In this document: positions 39,620 to 49,943 of the stretch, one piece after another | How the letters are laid out: the number at the start of each line of letters is the position of its first letter | Numbering within the stretch: position 1 is the first letter of the stretch | NCBI GenBank assembly: GCA_964616245.1 | Contig: CAZTRQ010000003.1 | Coordinates: 1 to 50,073 of the forward strand | Direction: 5' to 3' | Length of the DNA stretch: 50,073 bases | Origin: an uncultured Spirochaetaceae bacterium | Lineage (GTDB): Bacteria; Spirochaetota; Spirochaetia; DSM-27196; PWMO01 | Notes under the pieces: generated by a model | Databases searched by the model: none | Seen by the model: only the letters and a program-made list of their open reading frames with translations | What the model was told of the DNA's origin: nothing | Made by a program: the position numbers and the translations under genes

Positions 39620-40236
39620 TGCCCCGGGTCGGAGTGCTTTCCTACCAAGGAGACTTTCAACGCCATAGCGATGCTCTTACCCTCCTCGGCTTTACGGTGG
39701 TCTCCGTACGGGCACCGGAGCATCTCGAGGGCTTGGGTGGCTTAGTGATTCCCGGTGGGGAAAGCACGACGATCGGAATGCTCATGGAGCGTTTCGGGCT
39801 TCTCGAGGCGGTGCAGAAGGCCGGAAGAGAAGGTATGCCGCTCTTCGGAACCTGCGCCGGGGCAATTCTCTTGGCCAAAGAAATCGAGAACAGCGATCAG
39901 CCGCGTCTCGGGTTGATGGACATCCGGGTCGCCCGGAACGCCTACGGGCGACAGATCGAGAGCTTCGAAGCAGAGCTCGACCTGATCGACCCGGCGGCCG
40001 GAGATTCGGCGATCGGACACGCGAAGGCGTTGTCCCCGCTTACCGGCGTCTTTATTCGGGCTCCGATCATCACCGATATAGGCGACGGCGTGGAGATCCT
40101 CGCGGAGTTCGAAGGAAACCCGGTGCTGGTTTCCCAGGGCAATTTCGTTGCAGCGACCTTCCACCCGGAGCTAACCGGGGACCAAAGGGTCCACCGGCTC
40201 TTCGGAGAGCATGTTACCGCGTTCGCCGGTCGTTGA
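39619..40236 (+). CDS. pdxT: Pyridoxal 5'-phosphate synthase glutaminase subunit PdxT
   Basis: [12 protein letters not shown], catalytic GTCAG, FHPELT. I prefer ATG 39619 (TAATG junction with pdxS) over the track GTG at 39613. The 3' end overlaps the convergent polyprenyl synthase gene by 23 nt. Confidence 0.9.
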   Translation: MPRVGVLSYQGDFQRHSDALTLLGFTVVSVRAPEHLEGLGGLVIPGGESTTIGMLMERFGLLEAVQKAGREGMPLFGTCAGAILLAKEIENSDQPRLGLMDIRVARNAYGRQIESFEAELDLIDPAAGDSAIGHAKALSPLTGVFIRAPIITDIGDGVEILAEFEGNPVLVSQGNFVAATFHPELTGDQRVHRLFGEHVTAFAGR

Positions 40237-41299
40237 AGGAGATAAGCTCGTCGAAGGTGGTGCGGGCAGGGTGCCCCTCCCCGACGACAGCCTCCAGCGC
40301 CTCTAGCGCGCGACTCCGGTGGAGGTTCGACAACTCCCCCGCGGCGGAGAGAACACCGAGAGAGTCCATCGCCTCCCGAACCATTGCGACCCCCTCGCGT
40401 CCGAGGTCTTCCTTACCGAACAACGCCATGGTCTCCTCCGGGACCCCACGGGATATGAGAAGCTGTCGGAAAACCGTCTTCTTGTTCGCCGCGATATCGC
40501 TGCCGGCCGGCTTACCGATATGGTCGTCCTCTCCGAAGATGCCGATTTGGTCGTCCTTTATTTGGAATACGACGCCGAGCTCTTCGCCGAAGCCGGCGAG
40601 AGCCGACTGCGTCTCGCCGTTACCGCCTGCGAGAATGGCGCCGAGAACCAGGGGCAGAGAAAAAGTGTAGCGCCCCGTTTTGTAGCGATACACCTGGACG
40701 ACCCGGTCGACACTCGGCTCTTCCGGCGCCTGTCCGAAGAAGACGTCGTCCATCTGAGCAAGCCCGACAAGGTTCAACTCCCGGGCGTAGGTTTCGAGCA
40801 GGGCGCCGGGCGTCAGGCTACCCGCAGATGCGGCTTCGGCCAGGGCGAGAAGCTCTAGGGATAGGAAGACCCCGACGTCGCCGATGCAGATACCGAGGGA
40901 CACACCGAGGTGTTCGGGGTCCGAGACACCGCGGGCATCGGCGTAGTCCCGGTACTGACGGTGCAAGGAGGGAACCCCTCTACGAACCTCGTCCTTGTCC
41001 ATTATGTCGTCGTGGATGAGAAGAAAGGACTGGGTCAACTCCATGGCGGCGGCGGCGGGAAGACAGCAGGATGCCCGGCGTTCCGGGTCTCCGCCGACTG
41101 CTTCGTACCCAAGGAATACAAGCGCTCCCCGGAGGAGCTTTCCCCGGAGGACGTATTCCTTGAGCCGGGTCAAAACATCGGCGTCGAAGCCACCGGCCAC
41201 CGGAACAGCACCGGAAGAGAGTTCTGACATCTTGCGGTCGAAGAAGTCGGCCAGATAGCCTTCGATCGTTTCTCGGTGCGCCGTAAGTCGTTCAAGCAT
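40214..41299 (-). CDS. Polyprenyl diphosphate synthase (probable GGPP synthase, CrtE-like)
   Basis: 361 aa. First Asp-rich motif LLIHDDIMD (DDxxD without insertion, Phe at -5). The second motif region FQIKDDQIG deviates from DDxxD. Last gene of the crt operon; its start overlaps crtB by 8 nt. Confidence 0.85.
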   Translation of the reverse strand: MLERLTAHRETIEGYLADFFDRKMSELSSGAVPVAGGFDADVLTRLKEYVLRGKLLRGALVFLGYEAVGGDPERRASCCLPAAAAMELTQSFLLIHDDIMDKDEVRRGVPSLHRQYRDYADARGVSDPEHLGVSLGICIGDVGVFLSLELLALAEAASAGSLTPGALLETYARELNLVGLAQMDDVFFGQAPEEPSVDRVVQVYRYKTGRYTFSLPLVLGAILAGGNGETQSALAGFGEELGVVFQIKDDQIGIFGEDDHIGKPAGSDIAANKKTVFRQLLISRGVPEETMALFGKEDLGREGVAMVREAMDSLGVLSAAGELSNLHRSRALEALEAVVGEGHPARTTFDELISFNDRRTR

Positions 41300-42149
41300 A
41301 AGGCACCACTCCTCGGCGGGGGAAAAGCGTGTTTCGCATTCCTCGGATGACGATGCGCCGACGCTTCGGCTTTACTTTACGGCGAAAGACAACAAAGGGG
41401 TCCGCGGCGATCTGCTCCCCGGTCCAGTTGTACATGTCCCCGGCGGTCTTGATCGGGATAAGGAGCCGTCGGGGCAAGAACCGATACCCCGCTTCCGCCT
41501 GCTTCTGCCATTCGGAGTACCGGGCGAGCTGGCGTTTTATGAAGAGGCGAAACTCCTCGGGGTTCGCCCTCGCCGTCGCCTCGCTAAGATCCGGCAGTGA
41601 GGTTTCGTCGATGGGCAAATACGTTCTGCCGAGATGATTGTCCTCGTCGATGTCACGAATAAAGTTGATAAACTGCATCGCCCGGCCGAGCATCCCTGCG
41701 CTTTCGTCGGCTTCCGGGGGCAGGTCGAGGACCCGAGCCATAAAGTACCCAACTACTTCGGCGGAGCCGTAGACGTAGGCGAGGGTCTCCTCAAGGGTGC
41801 GGTAGGTGCTCTTTGTAAGATCCCATTCCATCGACCGAAGAAACGCGTCGGTCCAGTCGGGATCGAAATCCCTCCGGTGCGCCAACTCGACAAAGCTGTC
41901 GACGATCGGATCCCCGGTGCTCTTGCCCCCTATGCTCCGGGAGTAACGTTCGGTAAAGGCGTAAAAGTCCTCTCCTCTCTGGGGAACGGCGTCGACGAAG
42001 TCGTCGGCAACCCGTACGAAGCCGTAGAGAACCGAGACGTCTCGGCGAACCTCCGGGGGAAAGAATCGGCTGGAATTGTAGTAGGTTTTGCTCCCCTCTC
42101 GAAAGACACGGGTGTGTAGGTCGGCGTCGGTTGTTCCATTCCGTCCCAT
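41292..42149 (-). CDS. crtB: Phytoene synthase family (CrtB-like)
   Basis: 285 aa. Motifs YGFVRVADDFVD and FIRDIDED (two Asp-rich motifs of squalene/phytoene synthases). GAGGAGG upstream of the ATG. Confidence 0.85.
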   Translation of the reverse strand: MGRNGTTDADLHTRVFREGSKTYYNSSRFFPPEVRRDVSVLYGFVRVADDFVDAVPQRGEDFYAFTERYSRSIGGKSTGDPIVDSFVELAHRRDFDPDWTDAFLRSMEWDLTKSTYRTLEETLAYVYGSAEVVGYFMARVLDLPPEADESAGMLGRAMQFINFIRDIDEDNHLGRTYLPIDETSLPDLSEATARANPEEFRLFIKRQLARYSEWQKQAEAGYRFLPRRLLIPIKTAGDMYNWTGEQIAADPFVVFRRKVKPKRRRIVIRGMRNTLFPRRGVVPYA

Positions 42150-42158
42150 CTCCCCTCC

Positions 42159-43634
42159 TCAGAGAAGCTCTCGATTGATCGAATCGGTAATGATCTTGGA
42201 TGAAATAAACGTCATCGGCACCCCTACCCCGGGATGGGTGTACTGACCGGAGTAAAAGAGATTCTTGACCTTCCGGCTTCGTTGGGAGGGCCGGAAGACG
42301 GCTGTCTGGCCGAGGGTGTGGGCGATCCCTAGGGCGCTGCCCTGGTACGCGTTGTAGTCCTCGGCGAAATCTCGGTGGGAAAAGATCCTCGAAATGACGA
42401 TCGACTCCCGAATCGTGGTACCGATGAGCCCCTCGAGATGATCGAGGAGACGCTCGTAGTAGTGGTTTCGAATCTCCTCGGTATCCTCGAGCCCCGAGGC
42501 TACGGGCAAGAGGAAGAATACGTTCTCGTGGCCCTCCGGGGCGACATCTGGGTCGTCGTAGGAGGCGGAGCTTACGTAGTAGGAGAAGGTTTCCGGCCAC
42601 GCCGGTTTGTCGAAGATGGCGGAGAAGTGGTTGTGCCACTCCGGGTCGAAGTAGAGGTTGTGATGCACCAACTCGGGGATTTTCCGATTGAGGCCGAGGT
42701 AGACGATAAACATCGTCGGCGCCATGACCCGCTTTTTCCAGTACTTCGCGGGGTAGCTCTGGTAGCGCTCCTCTAGGAGCGTCGTCTCGACGTGGGGGTA
42801 GTCCGCGTTGGCAAGGACCAGATCCGCGTCGAAGGTCGAGCCGTTTGCCTCTACGGCGACGGCGCGACCGTCTTCCACCACGATTCGTCCGACGGGATGG
42901 TCGGTAAGCACTTGGACCCCAAGCTCGTCGGCGAGACGCCGGGTCCCATCGACGAAGGAAGCCATCCCTCCCCGGGGGAACCAGACCCCGAGATTGAGAT
43001 CGACGTGGGACATAATCGAATAGAGGGCCGGGGCGTTTCTCGGACTTGCGCCGAGAAATACCATGGCGTACTCGAGAATCTGTTTGGCCCGGCGGTCGGT
43101 GAAGTAGCGCCCTACAAAGCGGTCGAGGTTCTGAAAGACGTTCAGCTTGGTCCCCTCGAGCATCAAACGACGGTTAAAGAAATCGAAAAGAGAGCGATAC
43201 TCCCGGTAGAGAAACTCCGACATCGCGATGTTGTACTTGTACTCCGCCTGTCTGAGGTAGCGAACAAGCTTTTCTCCGCCTCCTGGCTCGAAGGTGTCGA
43301 AGGTCGCCTTAGTTCGTTCGAGGTTCCGGTCGATATCTACCGATTCGCCGGGGCCGAAGAAAACGCGGTAGTAGGGGTCGAGCTGGTAGAGTTCGTAATA
43401 GTCTTTCCGGGAGCGACCAAGGTCGCCAAAGAACTGTTCGAAGACCTCGGGCATAAGGTACCAGGAGGGACCCATGTCGAATACGAACCCGTCCTTTCTC
43501 CAGACCCGGGCCCGGCCGCCGACGTCGGAGTTCTTTTCTAGTAGCGTGACGTCCCATCCCGCGCTCGCCAGATAGGAAGAGGCCGAGAGCCCTCCGAAAC
43601 CACCACCGATAACAATTGCCTTCTTACCTGCCAT
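42159..43634 (-). CDS. crtI: Phytoene desaturase (CrtI-type)
   Basis: Trimmed to ATG 43634 so the Rossmann motif KKAIVIGGGFGGL is N-terminal. GPSWYLMPEVFE is typical of CrtI. Product is 491 aa. The 52-codon track extension runs into AT-rich intergenic DNA. Confidence 0.85.
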   Translation of the reverse strand: MAGKKAIVIGGGFGGLSASSYLASAGWDVTLLEKNSDVGGRARVWRKDGFVFDMGPSWYLMPEVFEQFFGDLGRSRKDYYELYQLDPYYRVFFGPGESVDIDRNLERTKATFDTFEPGGGEKLVRYLRQAEYKYNIAMSEFLYREYRSLFDFFNRRLMLEGTKLNVFQNLDRFVGRYFTDRRAKQILEYAMVFLGASPRNAPALYSIMSHVDLNLGVWFPRGGMASFVDGTRRLADELGVQVLTDHPVGRIVVEDGRAVAVEANGSTFDADLVLANADYPHVETTLLEERYQSYPAKYWKKRVMAPTMFIVYLGLNRKIPELVHHNLYFDPEWHNHFSAIFDKPAWPETFSYYVSSASYDDPDVAPEGHENVFFLLPVASGLEDTEEIRNHYYERLLDHLEGLIGTTIRESIVISRIFSHRDFAEDYNAYQGSALGIAHTLGQTAVFRPSQRSRKVKNLFYSGQYTHPGVGVPMTFISSKIITDSINRELL

Positions 43635-43857
43635 AACAATGAGAGAGAAAGTACTAACGCGGTATCGTCGCTGCAAGAAAAAGCTAGAGGAGCAACAGGC
43701 CCGGAAATCCGAGTCGGTTTCTACTGAAATAAAGGCAAATTTCCAGCCGAAAGCCATGAAAACGTTATATACGCACGTCCGTAAAGACAAAACAGACGTC
43801 TCGGGAGGAATGGTCCAATAATTCGAACCAAAAATCCAACAACTTTCACGTCAGCGC

Positions 43858-43886
43858 TTGACCATCCTGATAAATCAAACTATTGT
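43858..43886 (+). promoter_or_regulatory. Candidate promoter for ilvB (TTGACC-N17-TATTGT)
   Basis: -35 at 43858-43863 and -10 at 43881-43886. AAGGAAGG (43903-43910) lies ahead of the ATG at 43920. The implied leader is too short for an attenuator or T-box. Confidence 0.35.
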
Positions 43887-43919
43887 TCACCGTACTAACA
43901 CTAAGGAAGGTGGTTTGTT

Positions 43920-45656
43920 ATGAGTGGAAGCAAGAAAACCGGCGCGGAAGTCATCGTCGATGTCATCCAGCAGCAGGGAGTTGAATATATTTTTGGGCAC
44001 CCGGGTGGGGCGGCGATTCCAATCTTCGACGCCTTGGTCGGCTCGCCCTGCACCTTCGTTCTCGCTCGCCACGAGCAGGGCGCGGCGCACATGGCAGACG
44101 GGTACGCTCGGGCGACCGGGCGTCCGGCAGTCGTCCTGGTGACCTCGGGTCCCGGCGCGACGAATACCATTACCGGTATTCTAACCGCCCAGATGGATTC
44201 GGTGCCGATGATCGTCATTACCGGTCAATCGACGACCTGGAATCTCGGCCTCGACGCCTTCCAAGAAGCCGACGTCAGCGGCATATCCTACCCCGTCGTC
44301 AAGCACAGCTATCTGGTTAAAGACGCCAACGATCTACCGCGCATCATGCGGGAGGCTTTCTATCTCTGCCAGACGGGACGCCCGGGTCCGGTGTTGATAG
44401 ACGTACCGAAGGATGTTTCGAGCGCGCTTATCGAGCCGGACTACACCGAGGAGTACCATCTTCCGGGGTACACCGTCCCGACGGAGGCGGACCCCGAGGC
44501 GGTACAACGGGCGGCTGAAATGCTCCAGGCGGCGAAGCGACCGATTCTTCTCGCCGGTCACGGAGCCATTATCTCGGGAGCCGACAAGCCGCTTCGCTAT
44601 CTCGCGGAGAAGCTGCAGATACCCGTTACCAACACGCTGCTGGGAAAGGGCGCCCTTCCGGAGACGCACCCGCTGAACCTGGGGATGCTCGGGATGCACG
44701 GGACCGCATACGCCAACATGGCCATGAAGAATTCCGATCTCATCGTCTCCATCGGCTCCCGGTGGGACGACCGTATTGTCGGAAACCCGGATAAGTTCGT
44801 ACCCAACTCCAAGAGGATCCACATCGACATAGACGCCGCGGAGTTCAACAAAATTCTTCCGATGGACATAACCCTCCACGGCGACGCGAAACTGGTCTTA
44901 GAACAGCTGCTGTCGGTGGTCCAGCCTACCGACACCAAGGAATGGCTCGGCGAGACTGCGAAGTGGCGCAAGGCCTACCCCTTAAAGTACAAGAAGTCGG
45001 GTAAGCTTCGGGCGGAGCACGCGATCGAGGAGATCTATCTCCAGACCGAAGGTAAGGCGTATGTCACAACCGATGTCGGGCAACACCAGATGTGGGCGGC
45101 CCAGTACTACCTAACCGACGACCGGTTCCATTGGATTACCTCCGGCGGGGCCGGCACCATGGGCTTCGGCTTTCCTGCGGCTATCGGGGCGCAGCTCGCC
45201 CACCCCGACTCGACGGTCATAGCCGTCGTCGGCGACGGTGGCTTTCAGATGACCATGGCGGAGATGGCCACTGCGGTTACCAATCGGCTGCCGATCAAGA
45301 TTCTGCTTATCAACAACCGCTACCTCGGCATGGTGCGGCAATGGCAGAGCCTGTTCTACGACAACCGCCTCTCCGGTGTCGAGCTGGTGGGCAACCCGAA
45401 CTTCGTAAAACTGATCGAAGCCTACGGGGGAAAGGGCTTCCGGATTAAGCGTAGCGCCGACGTGCGTCGGATGATCCGCAGCGCCTTAGAATACAACGAC
45501 GGTCCGGTGTTGATAGACGTCGAGGTGGAAAAGGAAGACAACGTCTTCCCGATGATCCCCGCGGGGTCGAGTTTCGACGACATGATTATCGAGGCGCCGA
45601 AGCCCAAGACGGGCGAGGCGCGGGCACGGCTCGAGAAGCCGGTTGGGAGTACGTAA
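43920..45656 (+). CDS. ilvB: Acetolactate synthase large subunit
   Basis: 578 aa. ThDP enzyme with motifs [26 protein letters not shown]...[12 protein letters not shown]. Confidence 0.94.
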   Translation: MSGSKKTGAEVIVDVIQQQGVEYIFGHPGGAAIPIFDALVGSPCTFVLARHEQGAAHMADGYARATGRPAVVLVTSGPGATNTITGILTAQMDSVPMIVITGQSTTWNLGLDAFQEADVSGISYPVVKHSYLVKDANDLPRIMREAFYLCQTGRPGPVLIDVPKDVSSALIEPDYTEEYHLPGYTVPTEADPEAVQRAAEMLQAAKRPILLAGHGAIISGADKPLRYLAEKLQIPVTNTLLGKGALPETHPLNLGMLGMHGTAYANMAMKNSDLIVSIGSRWDDRIVGNPDKFVPNSKRIHIDIDAAEFNKILPMDITLHGDAKLVLEQLLSVVQPTDTKEWLGETAKWRKAYPLKYKKSGKLRAEHAIEEIYLQTEGKAYVTTDVGQHQMWAAQYYLTDDRFHWITSGGAGTMGFGFPAAIGAQLAHPDSTVIAVVGDGGFQMTMAEMATAVTNRLPIKILLINNRYLGMVRQWQSLFYDNRLSGVELVGNPNFVKLIEAYGGKGFRIKRSADVRRMIRSALEYNDGPVLIDVEVEKEDNVFPMIPAGSSFDDMIIEAPKPKTGEARARLEKPVGST

Positions 45657-46177
45657 TGGGAGCACCACTTGCCGCAGCGATCGGGTACAAAAAGCACACC
45701 TTGAGCCTCTTGGTGGCGAACAAGCCGGGGGTCCTTATCCGGATCTCCCTGGTCTTCGCCCGGAGGGGTTACAACATCGACAGTCTGGTCGTCTCGGAAT
45801 CGAACGACCCGCAGTTCTCGGTGATGAACATCGTCGCCTCGGGAGACGAGAAGACGCTGGATCAAATCCTCAAGCAGCTCAACAAGCTCGTCGACGTAGT
45901 CCACGCCTCGGACCGGACGAACGACGACATCATCATGCACGAAATGATGATGGTAAAGATTAAGTGCGAACCTGACCTGCGCACTGATGTACTTCAATTG
46001 GCACATGCGATGGGCTGTGATATAGTCGAGGTCTCCGAGCACGCGACCATCCTCCAGCTCACCGGTGAGTCGGAGCGACTCGACAGTGCCGTCCGTGTCT
46101 TCGAACGCTACGGCGTCCAAGAAATGATCCGTACCGGAAAGGTACTCATGGCACGGGGATCGGAAATAACACCATAA
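45656..46177 (+). CDS. ilvN: Acetolactate synthase small (regulatory) subunit
   Basis: 173 aa. ACT domain [36 protein letters not shown] junction with ilvB. Confidence 0.9.
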   Translation: MGAPLAAAIGYKKHTLSLLVANKPGVLIRISLVFARRGYNIDSLVVSESNDPQFSVMNIVASGDEKTLDQILKQLNKLVDVVHASDRTNDDIIMHEMMMVKIKCEPDLRTDVLQLAHAMGCDIVEVSEHATILQLTGESERLDSAVRVFERYGVQEMIRTGKVLMARGSEITP

Positions 46178-46197
46178 GTAGAAAGAAAGGAGTGTCC

Positions 46198-47616
46198 ATG
46201 GGCACCAACCTGCTCAACAAGGTATGGGACCTTCACAAGGTTGCCACCCTCGATACCGGCCAGGACCAGCTCTTTATCGGGCTCCACCTCATCCACGAGG
46301 TAACCTCTCCCCAGGCCTTTGAGATGATTCGGGAACGGGGACTAACGGTCCTGTACCCGCAACGCACCTTCGCGACGGTAGACCACATCGTCCCGACGGC
46401 GGACCAAGAGCGGCCCTTCGCCGATCCGCTGGCGGAACAAATGATGCAGGCTCTCGAACGAAACACCGAAGAATACGGCATCGAATTTTTCGGACTAACG
46501 ACCGAGCATCAGGGGATTGTTCACGTAATCGGACCCGAGTTAGGCCTTACCCAGCCGGGAATGACCATAGCCTGCGGAGACTCCCACACGTCGACCCACG
46601 GCGCCTTCGGATCCATCGGTTTCGGAATCGGCACCTCTCAAATCCGTGACGTCTTGGCGACCCAGTGCATGGCTATCTCTCGGCCAAAGGTTCGCAAAAT
46701 CGAGGTCTCCGGCAGCCTCCGGGAAGGGGTCTATGCCAAGGACATCATCCTACGAATAATCGCAGATCTCGGCGTCCAAGGGGGCCTCGGGTACGCCTAC
46801 GAGTACAACGGCAACGCCATCCACGAGCTCTCGATGGAAGGCCGCATGACCATTTGCAACATGAGCATCGAAGGAGGCGCCCGGGTCGGCTACGTAAACC
46901 CGGACCAGACGACCTTCGACTATATCGACGGACGCCGATACGCACCGAAGGGTCCGGACTTTGAGGCCGCCGTCGACTACTGGAAGAGCATTGCCAGCGA
47001 CGCCGACGCCGACTACGACGACGTCTTTCACCTCGACGCAAACACCCTCGAGCCGATGATAACCTGGGGTATAAACCCTGGGCAGGCGATTCCGGTAACC
47101 GGCTCGACTCCGATTCTCTCGAGCCTCGACGACGGACTCCGGGAGACCGCCGAGAAGGCGTACAAGCACATGGATTTGCAAGAGGGCCAGTCTCTCCAGG
47201 GGCACCCGATTAACGTCGCGTTTCTCGGTTCCTGCACCAACTCGAGAATTTCGGACCTCCGGGAGGCCGCGAAGATCGTAAAGGGAAAGAAGGTGCATTC
47301 GAGTGTAAGGGCCTTCGTTGTCCCTGGGTCCATGCAGGTCGCCAAGCAAGCAGAATCCGAAGGCCTGGCAAAGATCTTCTCCGACGCCGGTTTTGAGTGG
47401 CGGGGAGCGGGATGCTCGATGTGCCTTGCGATGAACCCCGACAAGCTCCAGGGCCGGGAGCTCTGCGCGAGCTCTTCCAACCGAAACTTCGTCGGACGAC
47501 AGGGTTCGGCTACCGGGAGAACAGTTCTGATGAGCCCGGCTATGGTCGGTGCCGCGGCGATCTCGGGAGAAATTGTCGACGTTCGGGAGTTCGTTCGGGA
47601 ACCGGTCCACGTTTAA
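46198..47616 (+). CDS. leuC: 3-isopropylmalate dehydratase large subunit
   Basis: Aconitase-family motifs [22 protein letters not shown] prefer ATG 46198 (AAGGAG 5 nt upstream) over the track GTG at 46192. Confidence 0.93.
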   Translation: MGTNLLNKVWDLHKVATLDTGQDQLFIGLHLIHEVTSPQAFEMIRERGLTVLYPQRTFATVDHIVPTADQERPFADPLAEQMMQALERNTEEYGIEFFGLTTEHQGIVHVIGPELGLTQPGMTIACGDSHTSTHGAFGSIGFGIGTSQIRDVLATQCMAISRPKVRKIEVSGSLREGVYAKDIILRIIADLGVQGGLGYAYEYNGNAIHELSMEGRMTICNMSIEGGARVGYVNPDQTTFDYIDGRRYAPKGPDFEAAVDYWKSIASDADADYDDVFHLDANTLEPMITWGINPGQAIPVTGSTPILSSLDDGLRETAEKAYKHMDLQEGQSLQGHPINVAFLGSCTNSRISDLREAAKIVKGKKVHSSVRAFVVPGSMQVAKQAESEGLAKIFSDAGFEWRGAGCSMCLAMNPDKLQGRELCASSSNRNFVGRQGSATGRTVLMSPAMVGAAAISGEIVDVREFVREPVHV

Positions 47617-47627
47617 GGAAACAAACG

Positions 47628-48242
47628 ATGAGTGACACACTTCGACCAGTAAAACAGGTCTCGGGACGAGGAATCGTCGTCCGGGGCAACGATATAGACA
47701 CAGATCAGATTATCCCCGCTCGCTACCTAAAGGTGATAAGCTTCGACGGCCTCGGCGAGTTCGCGTTCCAGGACGTGCGCTTCGACGAAAACGGGGTTCC
47801 AAGGCAACACCCCTTTAACGACGAGCGTTTTCAAGGCGCCTCGGTCTTAATCGTAAACGAAAACTTCGGTTGCGGTTCTTCCCGGGAGCACGCTCCCCAG
47901 GCTCTTATGCGCTGGGGGATCAACGCGGTTATCGGCGAATCCTTCGCCGAAATTTTTGCCGGCAACTGTACCGCCATGGGAGTCCCTGCCATTAGCCTGG
48001 ACCCGAAGCACGTAGCGGAGCTCCAGGGGATAGTCGAGTCCGACCCTTCGGTAGAGATCTCGGTGGACATGCAGAAGAACGTCGTAACCGCCGGAAGCAA
48101 GCGCTTTTCCTTCGATCTTCCGCCGGCGTACCGCAACGCGCTGATGGCCGGGACCTGGGATTCGACCTCGGTCCTTCTTTCGAATCTCGAAGGGATTCAC
48201 CAAACGGCTTCCGGCCTTCCTTACGTCTCCGTCGGAGCCTGA
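47628..48242 (+). CDS. leuD: 3-isopropylmalate dehydratase small subunit
   Basis: Starts MSDTLRPVKQVSGRGIVVRGNDIDTDQIIP and contains GCGSSREHA. ATG 47628 has AGGAA 7 nt upstream. The track ORF start (47397) lies inside leuC. Confidence 0.9.
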   Translation: MSDTLRPVKQVSGRGIVVRGNDIDTDQIIPARYLKVISFDGLGEFAFQDVRFDENGVPRQHPFNDERFQGASVLIVNENFGCGSSREHAPQALMRWGINAVIGESFAEIFAGNCTAMGVPAISLDPKHVAELQGIVESDPSVEISVDMQKNVVTAGSKRFSFDLPPAYRNALMAGTWDSTSVLLSNLEGIHQTASGLPYVSVGA

Positions 48243-48245
48243 CAG

Positions 48246-49922
48246 ATGGCAGAACAACTAAACCGCCGCAGCCGCAATATGACCGAGGGGGTCTCGAAGA
48301 CAGCCAACCGGGCGATGTTTCGGGCCGTCGGCTTCAAGGACGAGGACTTCAATAAACCTCTGATCGGAATCGCCACCGCCGACAGCGACGTCTCGCCGTG
48401 CAACGTCCACCTGGCCCAGATCGCCGAGCACTCGAAAAAGCACCTAAAGAAGCTCGGGGCGATGCCGGTGAGCTTCCATACCTTCGTCGTTACCGACGGC
48501 CAGGCGATGGGCCACGAGGGCATGAAGGCCTCTTTGATTAGCCGGGATACGATCGCGGATGTGATCGAGCTCGACGCCTTGGGCCATCAGATGGACGGTC
48601 TCCTCGGCGTCGGGGGGTGCGACAAGACGATTCCTGGAACGGTAATGGGGCTCTTTCGCGCCAACGTCCCGGGACTCTTTGTGTACGGCGGTACCATCAA
48701 ACCCGGAGACTACAAGGGTCAACCGGTCGATATTGTCTCCGCCTTCGAAGCGGTCGGAGCCTACAGCGCCGGAAAAATAACCGAAGAGGAACGCCACGGG
48801 ATCGAGTGCGCAGCCTGCCCGGGCGCCGGCGCCTGCGGCGGCATGTACACCGCCAACACCATGGCCTCCGCGGTAGAGGCTATGGGGATGAGCGTTCCGG
48901 GGAGCGCGTCTGTTCCCGCCGTCGAGAAGGACCGCGTTCAGGTAATGCTCGATTCCGCCGAGGCGCTCTACCGCCTTGTAGAAAAGAACATCACCCCCCG
49001 GGGCATCGTTACCCGGAAGAGCTTCGAAAACGCCATTCGGGTCTCTATGGCCACCGGGGGTAGCACCAACTCGGTGCTCCACCTTCTCGCGCTGGCCCAC
49101 GAGATAGACATCGACCTTGAAATAGACGTCTTTAACGAGTTTCAAGCGACCACTCCGATTCTCTGCGACATGAAACCCGCGGGTCGCTATGTGATGGACG
49201 ACCTCTACAAGGTCGGAGGTCTCGGGGTGGTGATGAAGATTCTCCTCGACGCGGGGCTTCTCCACGGTGAATGTATGACCGTCAACGGTAAGACCCTCGC
49301 GGAGAACCTTGCCGACGTAACCGTCGACCTTTCGGGGCAGGACGTTATTCATCCCCTCGATAATCCGGTTCGCCCGACCGGGCCCATCGTTATTCTTAAA
49401 GGCAACCTCGCCGAAGAAGGGGCGGTTCTCAAGACCGCCGGGCTCCAGGAAGTGGTCCACAAGGGCCCTGCCCGGGTGTACGAAGCCGAAGAGATGGCAC
49501 TCGATGCGATTCTGAACGGCGGGGTGAAGAAAGGTGATGTCGTGGTTATCCGCTACGAAGGTCCGAAGGGGGGCCCCGGGATGCGGGAGATGCTCTCCCC
49601 CACCGCGGCGATAGCCGGCGCCGGTCTTCTCCACGACGTGGCGCTGATAACAGACGGCCGCTTTTCCGGCGGCAGCCACGGCATGGTTGTCGGGCACATC
49701 GCCCCGGAGGCCCAGGTCGGCGGCGCCCTTGCCCTGATCCGGGACGGAGATATCGTAGAGATAGACAGCAATACCCGGACCCTTCGGGTCGATCTCTCGG
49801 ACGCCGAGCTGGCGGAGCGAAAGAAGAGCTGGAAGGCCCCTGCCCCGCGCTACACCCGGGGCGCTCTTTACAAGTATGCCACCCTCGTCTCCTCGGCGAG
49901 CAAGGGAGCCGTTACGAGCTGA
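48246..49922 (+). CDS. ilvD: Dihydroxy-acid dehydratase
   Basis: 558 aa. Motifs GCDKTIPG, CPGAGACGGMYTANTM, TDGRFSGGSHG. Confidence 0.96.
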   Translation: MAEQLNRRSRNMTEGVSKTANRAMFRAVGFKDEDFNKPLIGIATADSDVSPCNVHLAQIAEHSKKHLKKLGAMPVSFHTFVVTDGQAMGHEGMKASLISRDTIADVIELDALGHQMDGLLGVGGCDKTIPGTVMGLFRANVPGLFVYGGTIKPGDYKGQPVDIVSAFEAVGAYSAGKITEEERHGIECAACPGAGACGGMYTANTMASAVEAMGMSVPGSASVPAVEKDRVQVMLDSAEALYRLVEKNITPRGIVTRKSFENAIRVSMATGGSTNSVLHLLALAHEIDIDLEIDVFNEFQATTPILCDMKPAGRYVMDDLYKVGGLGVVMKILLDAGLLHGECMTVNGKTLAENLADVTVDLSGQDVIHPLDNPVRPTGPIVILKGNLAEEGAVLKTAGLQEVVHKGPARVYEAEEMALDAILNGGVKKGDVVVIRYEGPKGGPGMREMLSPTAAIAGAGLLHDVALITDGRFSGGSHGMVVGHIAPEAQVGGALALIRDGDIVEIDSNTRTLRVDLSDAELAERKKSWKAPAPRYTRGALYKYATLVSSASKGAVTS

Positions 49923-49943
49923 GGCGGCCGAGCGGCTTTCTCA

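Noticed and set aside
41791-42639. 282-aa minus-strand ORF spanning the crtI/crtB junction.
   Set aside because: It lies out of frame within two well-supported genes. It is extremely Arg/Pro-rich with no motifs.
43639-43821. 60-aa basic ORF in the crtI/ilvB spacer (MREKVLTRYRRCKKK...).
   Set aside because: Its AT-rich codon usage is unlike every real gene here. There is no SD. Its ATG sits 5 nt from the divergent crtI ATG, where promoter DNA is expected. Kept only as a remote possibility.
43801-43830. GGGAGGAATGGTCC, superficially like the RNase P RNA GAGGAAAGUCCGG motif.
   Set aside because: It is not followed by the conserved GGGC helix context. The surrounding sequence is AT-rich and far too short for RNase P RNA.
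48444-49697. 417-aa minus-strand ORF.
   Set aside because: It is antisense to ilvD, whose identity is unambiguous. There are no motifs, and the composition is biased toward Gly, Arg and Val, as typical of antisense frames.
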